A stretch of DNA of 60,507 nt from the IMG/VR virus record IMGVR_UViG_3300030118_003585, positions 1 through 60,507 of that record; one strand, 5' to 3'. The notes below the pieces were generated by a model. The model made no database searches. It had not been told where the DNA came from and was given only the letters and a program-made list of their open reading frames with translations. Positions within the stretch are counted from its first letter, which is position 1. The number at the start of each line of letters is the position of its first letter. Made by a program: the position numbers and the translations under genes. Shown here in pieces: positions 26,438 through 35,964 of the stretch. Source of the DNA: a virus (taxonomy: Duplodnaviria > Caudoviricetes).

Positions 26438-26912
26438 ATTACATAAAGATGTTTTGGCTTGGGAAATAGAAGTAGATGATTTAAATATTGATGTAGAAAA
26501 TTTAGATTATAAATTACAAAACGGTAAAATATTTAAAAAAATTAATACAAGATTTGAAAATAATAATCAAGATTTAAAAAATAAGATATTTAACAAGCTA
26601 GATATTGATTATATAAAAAAACAAATACCTGAATATAAAGAAATAAACATACATATATTTAAAGATTTACCTGGTTTTAAGTTATGGCCACATTTAGACC
26701 GAAAAGATCACAAAGGTTTTATTGTAATAAACTTAACAGATAATATAGACTCAACAGAATTTTTAGATTTTGATGAAAAATTATTAGCTAAAAGCTCTAA
26801 TAAAAAAAACAAAGGAGTTTTTCATATTTTATGGAAAAAACCATATTGCTTGCACGCAATAGAAAATACTAGTAACAAAAATAGATATACAACAATAGCA
26901 TTTATTAAATAA
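26421..26912 (+). CDS. putative 2OG-Fe(II) oxygenase
   Basis: PHLD...LHAIEN...NRYT (HxD...H...R) pattern. Confidence 0.55.
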   Translation: MIVKNKLHKDVLAWEIEVDDLNIDVENLDYKLQNGKIFKKINTRFENNNQDLKNKIFNKLDIDYIKKQIPEYKEINIHIFKDLPGFKLWPHLDRKDHKGFIVINLTDNIDSTEFLDFDEKLLAKSSNKKNKGVFHILWKKPYCLHAIENTSNKNRYTTIAFIK

Positions 26913-26914
26913 TT

Positions 26915-27385
26915 ATGGCAGTACCAGCATCAGGAACGTTATCTATGCAAGACATTGCACAAGAAAGATTAAATAGCACTTACGGAAGCGGAAGTGTATC
27001 TGGGCCTATATCTATGTATAACTTAGTAAATGGCGGAAATACAGGCGGTGCAGTAACTTCAGGTAACACTTATCCAGCTGTAAATACTGGATGTACACCA
27101 AACCCGGCAACTAGAGGATCATTACAGTTAACTGCAGTTAGAGATGATATGGGAACGGATTCTCCTGTAACATTGTATTATAGCGCGGGTATTGGAGATG
27201 CTAGTAATTTGCAAGTAGGACATATATTATATAGTGATAGTAATTTAACTACACCTGTAGATTTAACTTGTGCTTTACAAACAGGCTCTTCAGCTACTAC
27301 AACTATTTGTGGAGCTGGTGATGTTGCTGGATGTATTGATACTAATTCTAGCGGTGTTATAACAAATTTAGGATCATGCCAGTAA
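26915..27385 (+). CDS. tail fibre-associated/adhesin-like protein
   Basis: MAVPASGTLSM N-terminus; Gly/Ser/Thr/Cys-rich. Confidence 0.6.
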   Translation: MAVPASGTLSMQDIAQERLNSTYGSGSVSGPISMYNLVNGGNTGGAVTSGNTYPAVNTGCTPNPATRGSLQLTAVRDDMGTDSPVTLYYSAGIGDASNLQVGHILYSDSNLTTPVDLTCALQTGSSATTTICGAGDVAGCIDTNSSGVITNLGSCQ

Positions 27386-27675
27386 GTACTCCTTATAAAA
27401 TGTCCGATTTTTACGGTTACGACCAGGATTGTTCAACGTTAACAAGTTTTACATCAGCAAATGCTGAATCAGGTTTAGAAGGCTGTAATGAAACATTAAA
27501 TCAAACTTATTATCACGACGGCTCAGGCGCAAGGCCTGTGGCTAACGACACTGTTTATACAGATTCAGCGGGAACAACGACTATTTCTAATGGTGTTTAT
27601 AGATTAGATAATAATACTAAATTTTCAGTATTTGGAGGATCAGGTGTAGTGGCTACTGTAGATAGTTGCAGTTAA
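27376..27675 (+). CDS. tail fibre-associated small protein
   Basis: PYKMSDFYGYD motif; TYYHDGSG...VYTD. Confidence 0.6.
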   Translation: MPVSTPYKMSDFYGYDQDCSTLTSFTSANAESGLEGCNETLNQTYYHDGSGARPVANDTVYTDSAGTTTISNGVYRLDNNTKFSVFGGSGVVATVDSCS

Positions 27676-27736
27676 ATTAAATAAAAAAAGTAAAAAATAT
27701 GTAATAATTAATAAATAAATAGTAAATTTAAAAAAC

Positions 27737-28054
27737 ATGGCAATAACTTATAAATGGAACATATATGCGGTAGATGCGCATGTATCTCACGAAGGTAAAT
27801 CTGATGTTATTTATACTGTTCATTACGGTTTAAATGGATCAGAAGGTGATCATAGCGACAATATGATCGGAACTTATTCTTTAGAATATGATAAAGACAA
27901 TTTTAAAGAATATGCTGATTTAAAACAATCAGATATAATTGGTTGGCTAGAAGCAGGTTTAGATGTAGATGCTTTAAAAGCAAATATTAAAAATGACATA
28001 GATTTAAAAAAGAACCCTGTTTCTAAAACATACCATAATCCTTTTTCAGAATAA
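27737..28054 (+). CDS. tail fibre assembly-associated hypothetical protein
   Basis: 105-aa ORF in the fibre cassette. Confidence 0.6.
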   Translation: MAITYKWNIYAVDAHVSHEGKSDVIYTVHYGLNGSEGDHSDNMIGTYSLEYDKDNFKEYADLKQSDIIGWLEAGLDVDALKANIKNDIDLKKNPVSKTYHNPFSE

Positions 28055-28077
28055 ATAAACAATAAAAATTAAATAAA

Positions 28078-28323
28078 ATGGCAATAAATAAAATTAAAGA
28101 AGAAGAGTTAAAATCTTTGCAAGAAAAAGTTGGAATACAACAAAATTTACAATCACAAGTAGGTCAATTAGAACTACAAAAGTTTTTTTTACTAAATAGT
28201 GCAGCTAAAAATCAACAAGATTTATTAGAAGAGCAAAAAAAGTTAGAAGAAGAATATGGTAAAGTAAATATAAATCTTCAAGATGGTAGCTACGAAGAAA
28301 TCGAAGAAAAAGAAGAAAAATAA
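28078..28323 (+). CDS. small coiled-coil protein
   Basis: Heptad-rich, LEEEYGKVNINLQDG. Confidence 0.65.
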   Translation: MAINKIKEEELKSLQEKVGIQQNLQSQVGQLELQKFFLLNSAAKNQQDLLEEQKKLEEEYGKVNINLQDGSYEEIEEKEEK

Positions 28324-28379
28324 TTTTTGGTACACTACATTAACACGTGATGTAGTTTTTACATACATATTTAAATAAA

Positions 28380-29948
28380 ATGGAATTTAATAACCCGAGT
28401 CAAATCGTAAAAAATTTGTCTTTTGGTAATGAGGCAAATGCAAAAATAATAGAAGGTGTTGAAACGTTAACTAATGCCGTTAAGTCAACACTTGGGGCTT
28501 CTGGTAAGTGTGTTATATATGAAGACGCAAGAGGAAAACCAGTAATAACAAAAGACGGTGTAACTGTAGCAGAGTCTGTTATCCTAATGGATCCTGTCAA
28601 GAATATAGGTTGTACACTTATAAAAGAAGCCGCTAGCAACACTGTTAAAGAAGCAGGAGATGGCACAACTACAGCAACTGTACTGGCTTATCATATATTA
28701 AAATTAGCTACAGAGCAAAAGCAAGAAAATAATTTAAGAATTATAAAATCTGGCATCGATACTTATTTAGAAAAAGTAATTAAGTATTTAAATAAAAGCT
28801 CAAAAAAAGTTGTTGGTAAAATGCTTGATCAAGTTTCTACAATTAGCTGCAACAATGATAAAGTTTTAGGTAATATTATATCAGAAGCTTATAAAGTTGT
28901 AGGTAAAAATGGTGTAGTTTTAATGGAAGAATCACAAACTGAAGAAACATACTTTGAAACAGTAGATGGTGTACAGTTTGATAGTCCATTAAAATCACAA
29001 CATTTAGCAACAAATGAAGATAAAGATAAATCTATATTAGATAATCCTTATATATTAATTGTTGCATCACCTATACCTAATATAAGAAAGATACAAGCTG
29101 TACTAGAGCATACTATAAAAAACAAAAGATCTTTATTAATTGTTGCTAATGTAGATCAACAACCTACAGCTGCTTTAATGACAAACAAAGTAAAAGGTAA
29201 TATTAAAGTTAATATTATAGATTTACCAGGTTTTGGTTCAACAAAAAGAGATACATTAGAAGACTTAGCTTGTTTGACAGGAGCAAAAATAATCGATGAA
29301 CAATTAGGTGATGATTTAGATTTAATACAACCTGATGTTTTAGGCGAAGCTTTAAAAAGTGTTACAGATAATAAAAATACTGTAATTACAATAAATGAGG
29401 TACCTGACATAGCTACAGAGCGTATTGATTTAGTTGAAGAAAAAATTAAAAAAGAAAAAGATCCGTTTATAAAAATAAAACTAGAACAAAGACTAGCAAT
29501 GTTATCAGGATCTGTCGGTATTGTCAAAGTAGGAGCTAATAGCAAAATAGAATTAAAAGAAAAAAAAGACAGAGTTGAAGATGCTATTTATGCTACTAAA
29601 GCCGCTTTACAAGAAGGTATTGTTGCAGGTGGTGGTGTTGCTTTGTTAAACGCATCGGAAAAAATTAAAGCAGTAAACGTAGGTGAAATGGTATTATCAG
29701 AAGCTATAAAACAACCATTTTATACAATTATAAATAATGCTGATATTATACCACCTATAAAACTACAACCTAAAAAAGGTATAAATGTAGTAACAGGAGA
29801 TGTTGTAGATATGATAAAATCTGGAATTATAGATCCAGTATTAGTTACAAAAACGGCTTTAAAAAACGCTGTTAGCGTTGCTAAAACCATAATATCTGCA
29901 GACTGTGTAATATCAAATAAAAGAGTTGAAGAAGATGCAAGCAGTTAA
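28380..29948 (+). CDS. groEL: chaperonin GroEL (Cpn60)
   Basis: ITKDGVTVA, AGDGTTTATVLA, GIVAGGG, IIDP motifs. Confidence 0.97.
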   Translation: MEFNNPSQIVKNLSFGNEANAKIIEGVETLTNAVKSTLGASGKCVIYEDARGKPVITKDGVTVAESVILMDPVKNIGCTLIKEAASNTVKEAGDGTTTATVLAYHILKLATEQKQENNLRIIKSGIDTYLEKVIKYLNKSSKKVVGKMLDQVSTISCNNDKVLGNIISEAYKVVGKNGVVLMEESQTEETYFETVDGVQFDSPLKSQHLATNEDKDKSILDNPYILIVASPIPNIRKIQAVLEHTIKNKRSLLIVANVDQQPTAALMTNKVKGNIKVNIIDLPGFGSTKRDTLEDLACLTGAKIIDEQLGDDLDLIQPDVLGEALKSVTDNKNTVITINEVPDIATERIDLVEEKIKKEKDPFIKIKLEQRLAMLSGSVGIVKVGANSKIELKEKKDRVEDAIYATKAALQEGIVAGGGVALLNASEKIKAVNVGEMVLSEAIKQPFYTIINNADIIPPIKLQPKKGINVVTGDVVDMIKSGIIDPVLVTKTALKNAVSVAKTIISADCVISNKRVEEDASS

Positions 29949-30189
29949 TAATTTTGTTATTATAGAAAGAATAAAAGAAAAAAGCAAAACCGCAAGTGGT
30001 TTTATAATTGATAGCGCAAAAAAAGAAATACGATATTTAAAAGGCAAAATAGTCAGCGTTGGTAATATTACTCAAGGTCTCAAGGTAAATGATATTATAT
30101 ATTACGATAAACACGCTGGTCACTCTGTAGAAGTTGATAGCCAAGTTTTTTGCGTTATAAAACAACAAGATGTTGTTATAGTTTTATGA
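29935..30189 (+). CDS. groES: co-chaperonin GroES (Cpn10)
   Basis: KTASGFII...GKIVSVG...LKVND; adjacent to groEL. Confidence 0.85.
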   Translation: MQAVNNFVIIERIKEKSKTASGFIIDSAKKEIRYLKGKIVSVGNITQGLKVNDIIYYDKHAGHSVEVDSQVFCVIKQQDVVIVL

Positions 30190-30626
30190 TTATATCACCA
30201 GCTGATATAAGAGAATTACAAATATTAAAATACTATAGATTAGTCCGTAAATGGGCTTGTAAAAGCTACAGTTTAAAAGAAGCTGATCTAGAACTTTTAA
30301 TATATCTTGATTGTGTAAACAGGTTTACAATAAATGATTTTAAAAATGCTGTTTATATTTACAGTTGGGATAAAAAACGTTGGGATCGTTTGCGTCAAAA
30401 TGGTTGGGTAGATGTATGGAGACATAGAAATAGAACTACTATTAAATATTCTATTTTTAAAACTTCATATAAAACTAAACAGTTGATAAATAGAATTTAC
30501 AGGATTTTATTATCACAAGAAGACGTACCAACTTCTGATAAAAATATATTTTACAGAAATAAAACGTACACGGACAAAGTTTTCAATAAAGCTTTAAATG
30601 ATATGATAAATGATAAAAATAGATAA
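30186..30626 (+). CDS. hypothetical protein (possible winged HTH)
   Basis: ATGA overlap with groES; LKEADLELLIYL helix. Confidence 0.65.
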   Translation: MIISPADIRELQILKYYRLVRKWACKSYSLKEADLELLIYLDCVNRFTINDFKNAVYIYSWDKKRWDRLRQNGWVDVWRHRNRTTIKYSIFKTSYKTKQLINRIYRILLSQEDVPTSDKNIFYRNKTYTDKVFNKALNDMINDKNR

Positions 30627-30656
30627 AACAAAGTTAAACCTTAAAAATTAGAAATT

Positions 30657-30743
30657 ATGCCTTACAATTATAAAAGTAGTTCTAAAAAAAGTGGTAGTAA
30701 AAAAACCATGAAAAAGAAGTCAATGAAAAAAAAGAAAAAATAA
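30657..30743 (+). CDS. Lys-rich micropeptide (28 aa)
   Basis: MPYNYKSSSKKSGSKKTMKKKSMKKKKK, good A-rich leader. Confidence 0.5.
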   Translation: MPYNYKSSSKKSGSKKTMKKKSMKKKKK

Positions 30744-30744
30744 T

Positions 30745-30858
30745 ATGAAAAAGTTATCTCCAAAACAAAAGAAGATAGCTAGAGCAGCGCACCCGTACGA
30801 TAAAATTACGGGTGCTGACTTCGCTGTCTTACGCAAGAAAAAGAAAAAAAGAAAATAA
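30745..30858 (+). CDS. Lys-rich micropeptide (37 aa)
   Basis: MKKLSPKQKKIARAAHPYDKITGADFAVLRKKKKKRK. Confidence 0.6.
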   Translation: MKKLSPKQKKIARAAHPYDKITGADFAVLRKKKKKRK

Positions 30859-30860
30859 TT

Positions 30861-30953
30861 ATGGGTTATAAAAGTGACGCACAAAGGAAAGCCGTGTGGG
30901 CTTCTCGTAATGAAAAGAAAAAAAAGAAAAAACGTAGAAAAAAGAAAAAATAG
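30861..30953 (+). CDS. Lys-rich micropeptide (30 aa)
   Basis: MGYKSDAQRKAVWASRNEKKKKKKRRKKKK. Confidence 0.6.
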   Translation: MGYKSDAQRKAVWASRNEKKKKKKRRKKKK

Positions 30954-30955
30954 TT

Positions 30956-32104
30956 ATGGCAAATGGCTCATTGTTTAACGGTAAAAGAGATCCAAGAAAT
31001 AAAATTAAAAACTTATTTCCTACTAATAATGCTGTAGTTGATAACACAAATATTAGAAGAGTTTCTTTTAATAAAATGTTTACAGAAATAGATAAAGAAA
31101 AAATAAAAATCAACGAAAAATTAATAAAAGAAATAAGATCTGATAGAGCTCCAATAAATATGCCTGACTATAAAAGAGACAAAGCTATATATGATGTCGT
31201 AAACAAAAATGTTTCTTTTAATGTTGATAATATTAAAGTAAATGGCAAATTAACAAGTAAAGGTACTGATTCAATCACTAAATTATATTCTGGTATGAAT
31301 ATGAAAGCTTTTGATGATAGACAAATACAAATGGCTAAAGATTATGGTATTAAATATAGCACTAGTGTAGATAATGCAACTTTAGGTTTTCAGAAAAATC
31401 AAACAATAAATTTAGCTAAAGTTAGAAATAAGCTTTTTGATGAACAATACAGTGAAGAAGATTTACAAAAATTAATAAATTTAGAAGGCTATGGACAAAA
31501 CTTTCGTAGCGTTGCAGCTTTAAAAGCTGAAGTTTATAAAACACCAGTTAAGATAACAAATTTAAATTATGGGTTATTTGGACAATTAAGAAGTAGTAAA
31601 GATGTTAATCCAACAAACACTAACTTTATCAGTCGCATGGATATAAGTGATCAATTTTATAGTAAAAAAAATAAAACTTTTAATACTAGTCTTGATCAAA
31701 TATTAATACATGAAACAGCGCATAGCATGGGATCAGGCTACGCGTACCCAATGATAGAATATGCAAAACAAAATTTTGGTGTAAAAGGTGATTTTAAAAA
31801 TTATTTAAAAGGTTATTTTTATTCTGGTAAAGACAAATCTGGTGAATTATTTGCAAGATATAATCAGGCTAAATCATATTTTAGAAATAATAAAAACGCT
31901 GATCCAAATAAACTTTATATGACAATGATAGATTTACATAAAAAATTTAATAAAGACAAAAGTATACCTTTAACTAATGTTGTTGGTCAAGATTTAATTA
32001 GTTATGGCGAAACAACAGAATTTTTGCTAGGTAAAAATTTATATACTAAAATGCCAACAATGCAAGATGCAAAAAATTTAAGTAAACTTATAAAAGAATT
32101 TTAA
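30956..32104 (+). CDS. hypothetical protein with HExxH zincin-like motif
   Basis: ILIHETAHSMG...ELFAR. Confidence 0.55.
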   Translation: MANGSLFNGKRDPRNKIKNLFPTNNAVVDNTNIRRVSFNKMFTEIDKEKIKINEKLIKEIRSDRAPINMPDYKRDKAIYDVVNKNVSFNVDNIKVNGKLTSKGTDSITKLYSGMNMKAFDDRQIQMAKDYGIKYSTSVDNATLGFQKNQTINLAKVRNKLFDEQYSEEDLQKLINLEGYGQNFRSVAALKAEVYKTPVKITNLNYGLFGQLRSSKDVNPTNTNFISRMDISDQFYSKKNKTFNTSLDQILIHETAHSMGSGYAYPMIEYAKQNFGVKGDFKNYLKGYFYSGKDKSGELFARYNQAKSYFRNNKNADPNKLYMTMIDLHKKFNKDKSIPLTNVVGQDLISYGETTEFLLGKNLYTKMPTMQDAKNLSKLIKEF

Positions 32105-32105
32105 A

Positions 32106-32276
32106 ATGAAATCAAGAGGACTTGGAGATACAATACATAAAATAACAACAGCTACAGGTATAAAAACTGTAGTAGATATGGTAAGTGAAGGTTTAAATAT
32201 ACCATGTGGTTGTGAAGCTAGACGTAAAAGATTAAACGAAATAATACCTTATGAGCAAAGAAAAAAAGAAGTTTAA
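32106..32276 (+). CDS. small Cys-containing phage protein (56 aa)
   Basis: MKSRGLGDTIHKITTATGIK...PCGCEARRKRLN. Confidence 0.65.
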   Translation: MKSRGLGDTIHKITTATGIKTVVDMVSEGLNIPCGCEARRKRLNEIIPYEQRKKEV

Positions 32277-32709
32277 AGACACAAAAGTTGGTAAATTTTT
32301 AAGTAAAGCTGCACCAGGTATATTAGGTACTGTTGGTAACGTTTTGCCAGATAATGGCGTGCTTGGTGTTGTCAAAAATTTAATAAGCAAAGATGAAACA
32401 ATGCCTGTCGAAGATAAAGAAAAAGCAATGAAGCTTTTAGAAATGGATATTGTAGAAATGCAAGAAGTTTCAAAACGTTGGGACAGCGATATGAAGTCAG
32501 ACTCATGGTTAAGTAAAAACACACGGCCGATGAGTTTGATATTTTTAACAATATCTATGATTTTATTAATTTTACTTGATAGCTTTGAGTGGAGCTTTAG
32601 TGTATCAACCGGGTGGGTCGATTTACTTCAAACACTTTTGGTTACTGTTTACGTAGCCTATTTTGGTTCTCGAGGCGCTGAAAAGTTTCAGACAATTAGG
32701 AATAAATAA
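32251..32709 (+). CDS. holin (3TM/GTA-holin-like)
   Basis: SDSWLSKNTRP, two hydrophobic helices, AYFGSRGAEK. Confidence 0.7.
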   Translation: MSKEKKKFKDTKVGKFLSKAAPGILGTVGNVLPDNGVLGVVKNLISKDETMPVEDKEKAMKLLEMDIVEMQEVSKRWDSDMKSDSWLSKNTRPMSLIFLTISMILLILLDSFEWSFSVSTGWVDLLQTLLVTVYVAYFGSRGAEKFQTIRNK

Positions 32710-32716
32710 AATTAAA

Positions 32717-32935
32717 ATGAATTTAATAAGAAAAATAAGTATAGGCAGAGACTATAAAGATGATGCTATGCACTATGCTGTAGGACAAGAAGTTTATGGT
32801 GGTCATACAATATCTGACATTGTTGAAGATAATGACAAATATTCTATATTTATAAAAAAAGGTAATGAAGTTTTACCATGGAAACAATTTAATAAAAACA
32901 TGGCTATATCTGTAGAGTTTAATTTAAAGTACTAA
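32717..32935 (+). CDS. hypothetical protein
   Basis: MNLIRKISIGRDYK...; packed in operon. Confidence 0.7.
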   Translation: MNLIRKISIGRDYKDDAMHYAVGQEVYGGHTISDIVEDNDKYSIFIKKGNEVLPWKQFNKNMAISVEFNLKY

Positions 32936-33531
32936 TGAAAGGACTTTTTTGTTTTATAATTAAACCTAAAAACGGTAGATATAATAATACTAAAAAAGTA
33001 GGCGATGTTGATTTAATTTTAAATACAGAAATACAAAATCATAATTTTGTAAATCGTACAGGTATAGTTTTAGCTACACCTATAAACATGCCTAGTGAAA
33101 TACAAGTTGGAGATGAAGTAATTGTTCATCATAATGTTTTTAGAAGGTTTCATAATGTGCGAGGTATTGAAGTTAATAGTACATGTTACTTTGATGAAGA
33201 CACTTATATTGTTTACATAGATCAAATATTTATGTATAAAAGAAATAACCAATGGTTTAGCTTAGACGATTATTGTTTTGTAAAACCAATAAAAAATGAA
33301 CAAGAATATAGTATGTTAAAAGAAGTTTGGTTAAAAGGTATTATTAAATATGGTAATAAAAATTTAGAAAAAATAGGTTTATATAAAGGCAGTAAAATAG
33401 GTTTTTCACCAAATAGTGATTATGAATTTATAATTGATAATGAAAAACTATATAGAGTTAAAAACGATAGTGTAACTATAAACTATGGACATAAAGAACA
33501 AGAAAAAGAATATAATCCAAGCTGGTTATAA
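32935..33531 (+). CDS. GroES-like protein (apparent tandem domains)
   Basis: FIIKP...GIVLATP...IQVGDEVIV, then CFVKP...KGIIKYG repeat of a Cpn10-like pattern. Confidence 0.5.
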   Translation: MKGLFCFIIKPKNGRYNNTKKVGDVDLILNTEIQNHNFVNRTGIVLATPINMPSEIQVGDEVIVHHNVFRRFHNVRGIEVNSTCYFDEDTYIVYIDQIFMYKRNNQWFSLDDYCFVKPIKNEQEYSMLKEVWLKGIIKYGNKNLEKIGLYKGSKIGFSPNSDYEFIIDNEKLYRVKNDSVTINYGHKEQEKEYNPSWL

Positions 33532-33757
33532 AGCTGTTGATGAATTAATAAAGGTTGCAAAAGAACCTATAGTAGATACAGAAGACGATGTATCTGCAGA
33601 TCGTTTAAAAAATGCGGCAGCTACAAAAAAATTAGCAATATTAGATGCTTTTGAAATATTAAATCGTATAGAAGAAGAAAATAGTATTTTAGAAAATAAA
33701 CCAATAGCTAATAATACGAAAACGTTTAAAGGTTTTGCAGAGAAAAGATCAAGATAA
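33485..33757 (+). CDS. putative terminase small subunit
   Basis: Small helical protein directly upstream of terL. Confidence 0.55.
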   Translation: MDIKNKKKNIIQAGYKAVDELIKVAKEPIVDTEDDVSADRLKNAAATKKLAILDAFEILNRIEEENSILENKPIANNTKTFKGFAEKRSR

Positions 33758-35964
33758 TGTATAAGCAAAATCTATATAAAATTATAAAACCGATTAAAAT
33801 AAATACAGTCAATAGACTTAACAAAAGTAAAAAGTGGAAATATGGATATAATAAAGAACACGATATTATCGTTATATCAAAAACTGGTAAAATTGGTGAA
33901 ATATATGAAATACAAAATTTACGTATTGCTTTACCTAAACCCGAAAGCGTATGTAAAAAGTATAATAAGTGGCATAAAGAAATATATCCAAAAGAGTTAA
34001 AAAATTTAAAAAGTATTTTTGACTGGAAAGATTTACCACAAAATTACAAAGACAAGTGGCATACTTATATTGACACAGAGTTTACAAGACGTGAAGAAGG
34101 TTATTGGTTTTATAATAAAAATAAACCTACTTATATTACAGGTACTCATTACATGTATTTGCAATGGGCTAAAATAGATGTAGGTAAACCAGAGTTTAGA
34201 GAGGCAAATAGGTTGTTTTATATTTTTTGGGAAGCTTGTAAAGCAGACCATAGATCATATGGTATGTGTTATTTAAAAAATAGACGTTCAGGTTTTTCTT
34301 TTATGGCTTCTTCTGAAGTTGTAAATTTAGCAACAATATCGTCAGACTCAAGATATGGTATATTATCAAAATCAGGTGCTGACGCTAAAAAAATGTTTAC
34401 TGATAAAGTAGTACCAATATCTGTTAATTATCCGTTTTTTTTTAAACCAATACAAGATGGTATGGATCGACCAAAAACAGAATTAGCTTATAGAGTACCT
34501 GCTTCTAAGTTTACTAGAAAAAAACTTTTAACAAATGTCAAAACAGAGGAGCTAGAAGGACTAGATACAACAATTGATTGGAAAAATACAGGTGACAATA
34601 GCTACGATGGAGAAAAATTAAATTTATTAGTACATGACGAAGCTGGTAAATGGGAAAGGCCAGAAAATATTTTAAACAACTGGCGAGTAACTAAAACAAC
34701 ATTAAGATTAGGTAGCAGAATTATAGGTAAATGCATGATGGGTTCAACTAGTAATGCATTAGATAAAGGTGGTGATAATTTTAAAAAACTTTATAATGAT
34801 TCTGATGTAACTAAACGTAATGCAAACGGCCAAACTAAAAGTGGTTTATATAGTTTGTTTATACCAATGGAGTGGAATTATGAAGGTTTTATTGATGAGT
34901 ATGGTATACCAGTATTTGATAACCCAAAAAATATGACAAAAGGCCCTTATGGCGATATTATAGATGTTGGTGTTATACAACACTGGCAAAATGAAGCTGA
35001 AGGTTTAAAAAATGATCAAGATTCATTAAATGAATTTTATAGACAGTTTCCAAGGACAGAAGAGCATGCTTTTAGAGATGAAACAAAAAATAGTATATTT
35101 AATTTAGTTAAAATATACGAGCAAATAGATTATAACGAAGGTATAAACACTACAAATGTTGTTACTAAAGGTAATTTTCAATGGTTAAATGGTATAAAAG
35201 ACACTGAAGTAGTTTTTTATCCTGATTTAAATGGTAGATTTTTAATATCTTGGGTGCCTAGTAATAGTTTAACAAATAGAATTAAATTTAAAAATGGTTT
35301 CAAATATCCTGGTAACGATCATATTGGCGCTTTTGGCTGTGACTCTTACGATATATCTGGTACTGTTGATGCAAAAGGATCAAAAGGGTCCTTACATGGA
35401 TTAACTAAGTTTTCTATGGAAGACGCGCCTATAAATAGTTTTTTTTTAGAATATATTGCAAGACCACAAACTGCAGAAATATTTTTTGAAGATGTTTTAA
35501 TGGCATTAGTTTTTTATGGCATGCCAGTTTTAGCAGAAAACAATAAACCTAGACTTTTATATTATTTAAAAAGACGAGGTTATAGAGGTTATTCAATGAA
35601 TAGGCCAGATAAATTAATAAACAAACTATCAATTACAGAAAGAGAGATAGGTGGTATACCAAATACAGGCGAAGATATTAAACAAGCTCATGCAGCTGCA
35701 ATAGAGACTTATATACAAGATCATGTAGGTTTAAAAAGTGATAATACTTATGGTAATATGTATTTTAATAAAACTTTAAATGATTGGGGTAAATTCGATA
35801 TTAATAAAAGAACAAAATTTGATGCTACAATAAGCTCAGGTTTAGCAATTATGGCTTGTAATAAACATAAATACACGCCAAAAGCAATTAAACAAACAAA
35901 AAAATTAGACTTTGGTTTTAAAAAATATAACAACAAAGGTTTCATATCAAAAATAATAGAATAA
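33757..35964 (+). CDS. terL: terminase large subunit
   Basis: LKNRRSGFS Walker A variant, LLVHDEAGKW Walker B, GST, RNase H-like GCDSYD...AENN...FDATISS. Confidence 0.9.
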   Translation: MYKQNLYKIIKPIKINTVNRLNKSKKWKYGYNKEHDIIVISKTGKIGEIYEIQNLRIALPKPESVCKKYNKWHKEIYPKELKNLKSIFDWKDLPQNYKDKWHTYIDTEFTRREEGYWFYNKNKPTYITGTHYMYLQWAKIDVGKPEFREANRLFYIFWEACKADHRSYGMCYLKNRRSGFSFMASSEVVNLATISSDSRYGILSKSGADAKKMFTDKVVPISVNYPFFFKPIQDGMDRPKTELAYRVPASKFTRKKLLTNVKTEELEGLDTTIDWKNTGDNSYDGEKLNLLVHDEAGKWERPENILNNWRVTKTTLRLGSRIIGKCMMGSTSNALDKGGDNFKKLYNDSDVTKRNANGQTKSGLYSLFIPMEWNYEGFIDEYGIPVFDNPKNMTKGPYGDIIDVGVIQHWQNEAEGLKNDQDSLNEFYRQFPRTEEHAFRDETKNSIFNLVKIYEQIDYNEGINTTNVVTKGNFQWLNGIKDTEVVFYPDLNGRFLISWVPSNSLTNRIKFKNGFKYPGNDHIGAFGCDSYDISGTVDAKGSKGSLHGLTKFSMEDAPINSFFLEYIARPQTAEIFFEDVLMALVFYGMPVLAENNKPRLLYYLKRRGYRGYSMNRPDKLINKLSITEREIGGIPNTGEDIKQAHAAAIETYIQDHVGLKSDNTYGNMYFNKTLNDWGKFDINKRTKFDATISSGLAIMACNKHKYTPKAIKQTKKLDFGFKKYNNKGFISKIIE

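Noticed and set aside
26915-27675. Frameshifted single gene
   Set aside because: Both ORFs have their own ATG and overlap by 10 nt like normal coupled genes; no slippery site is evident
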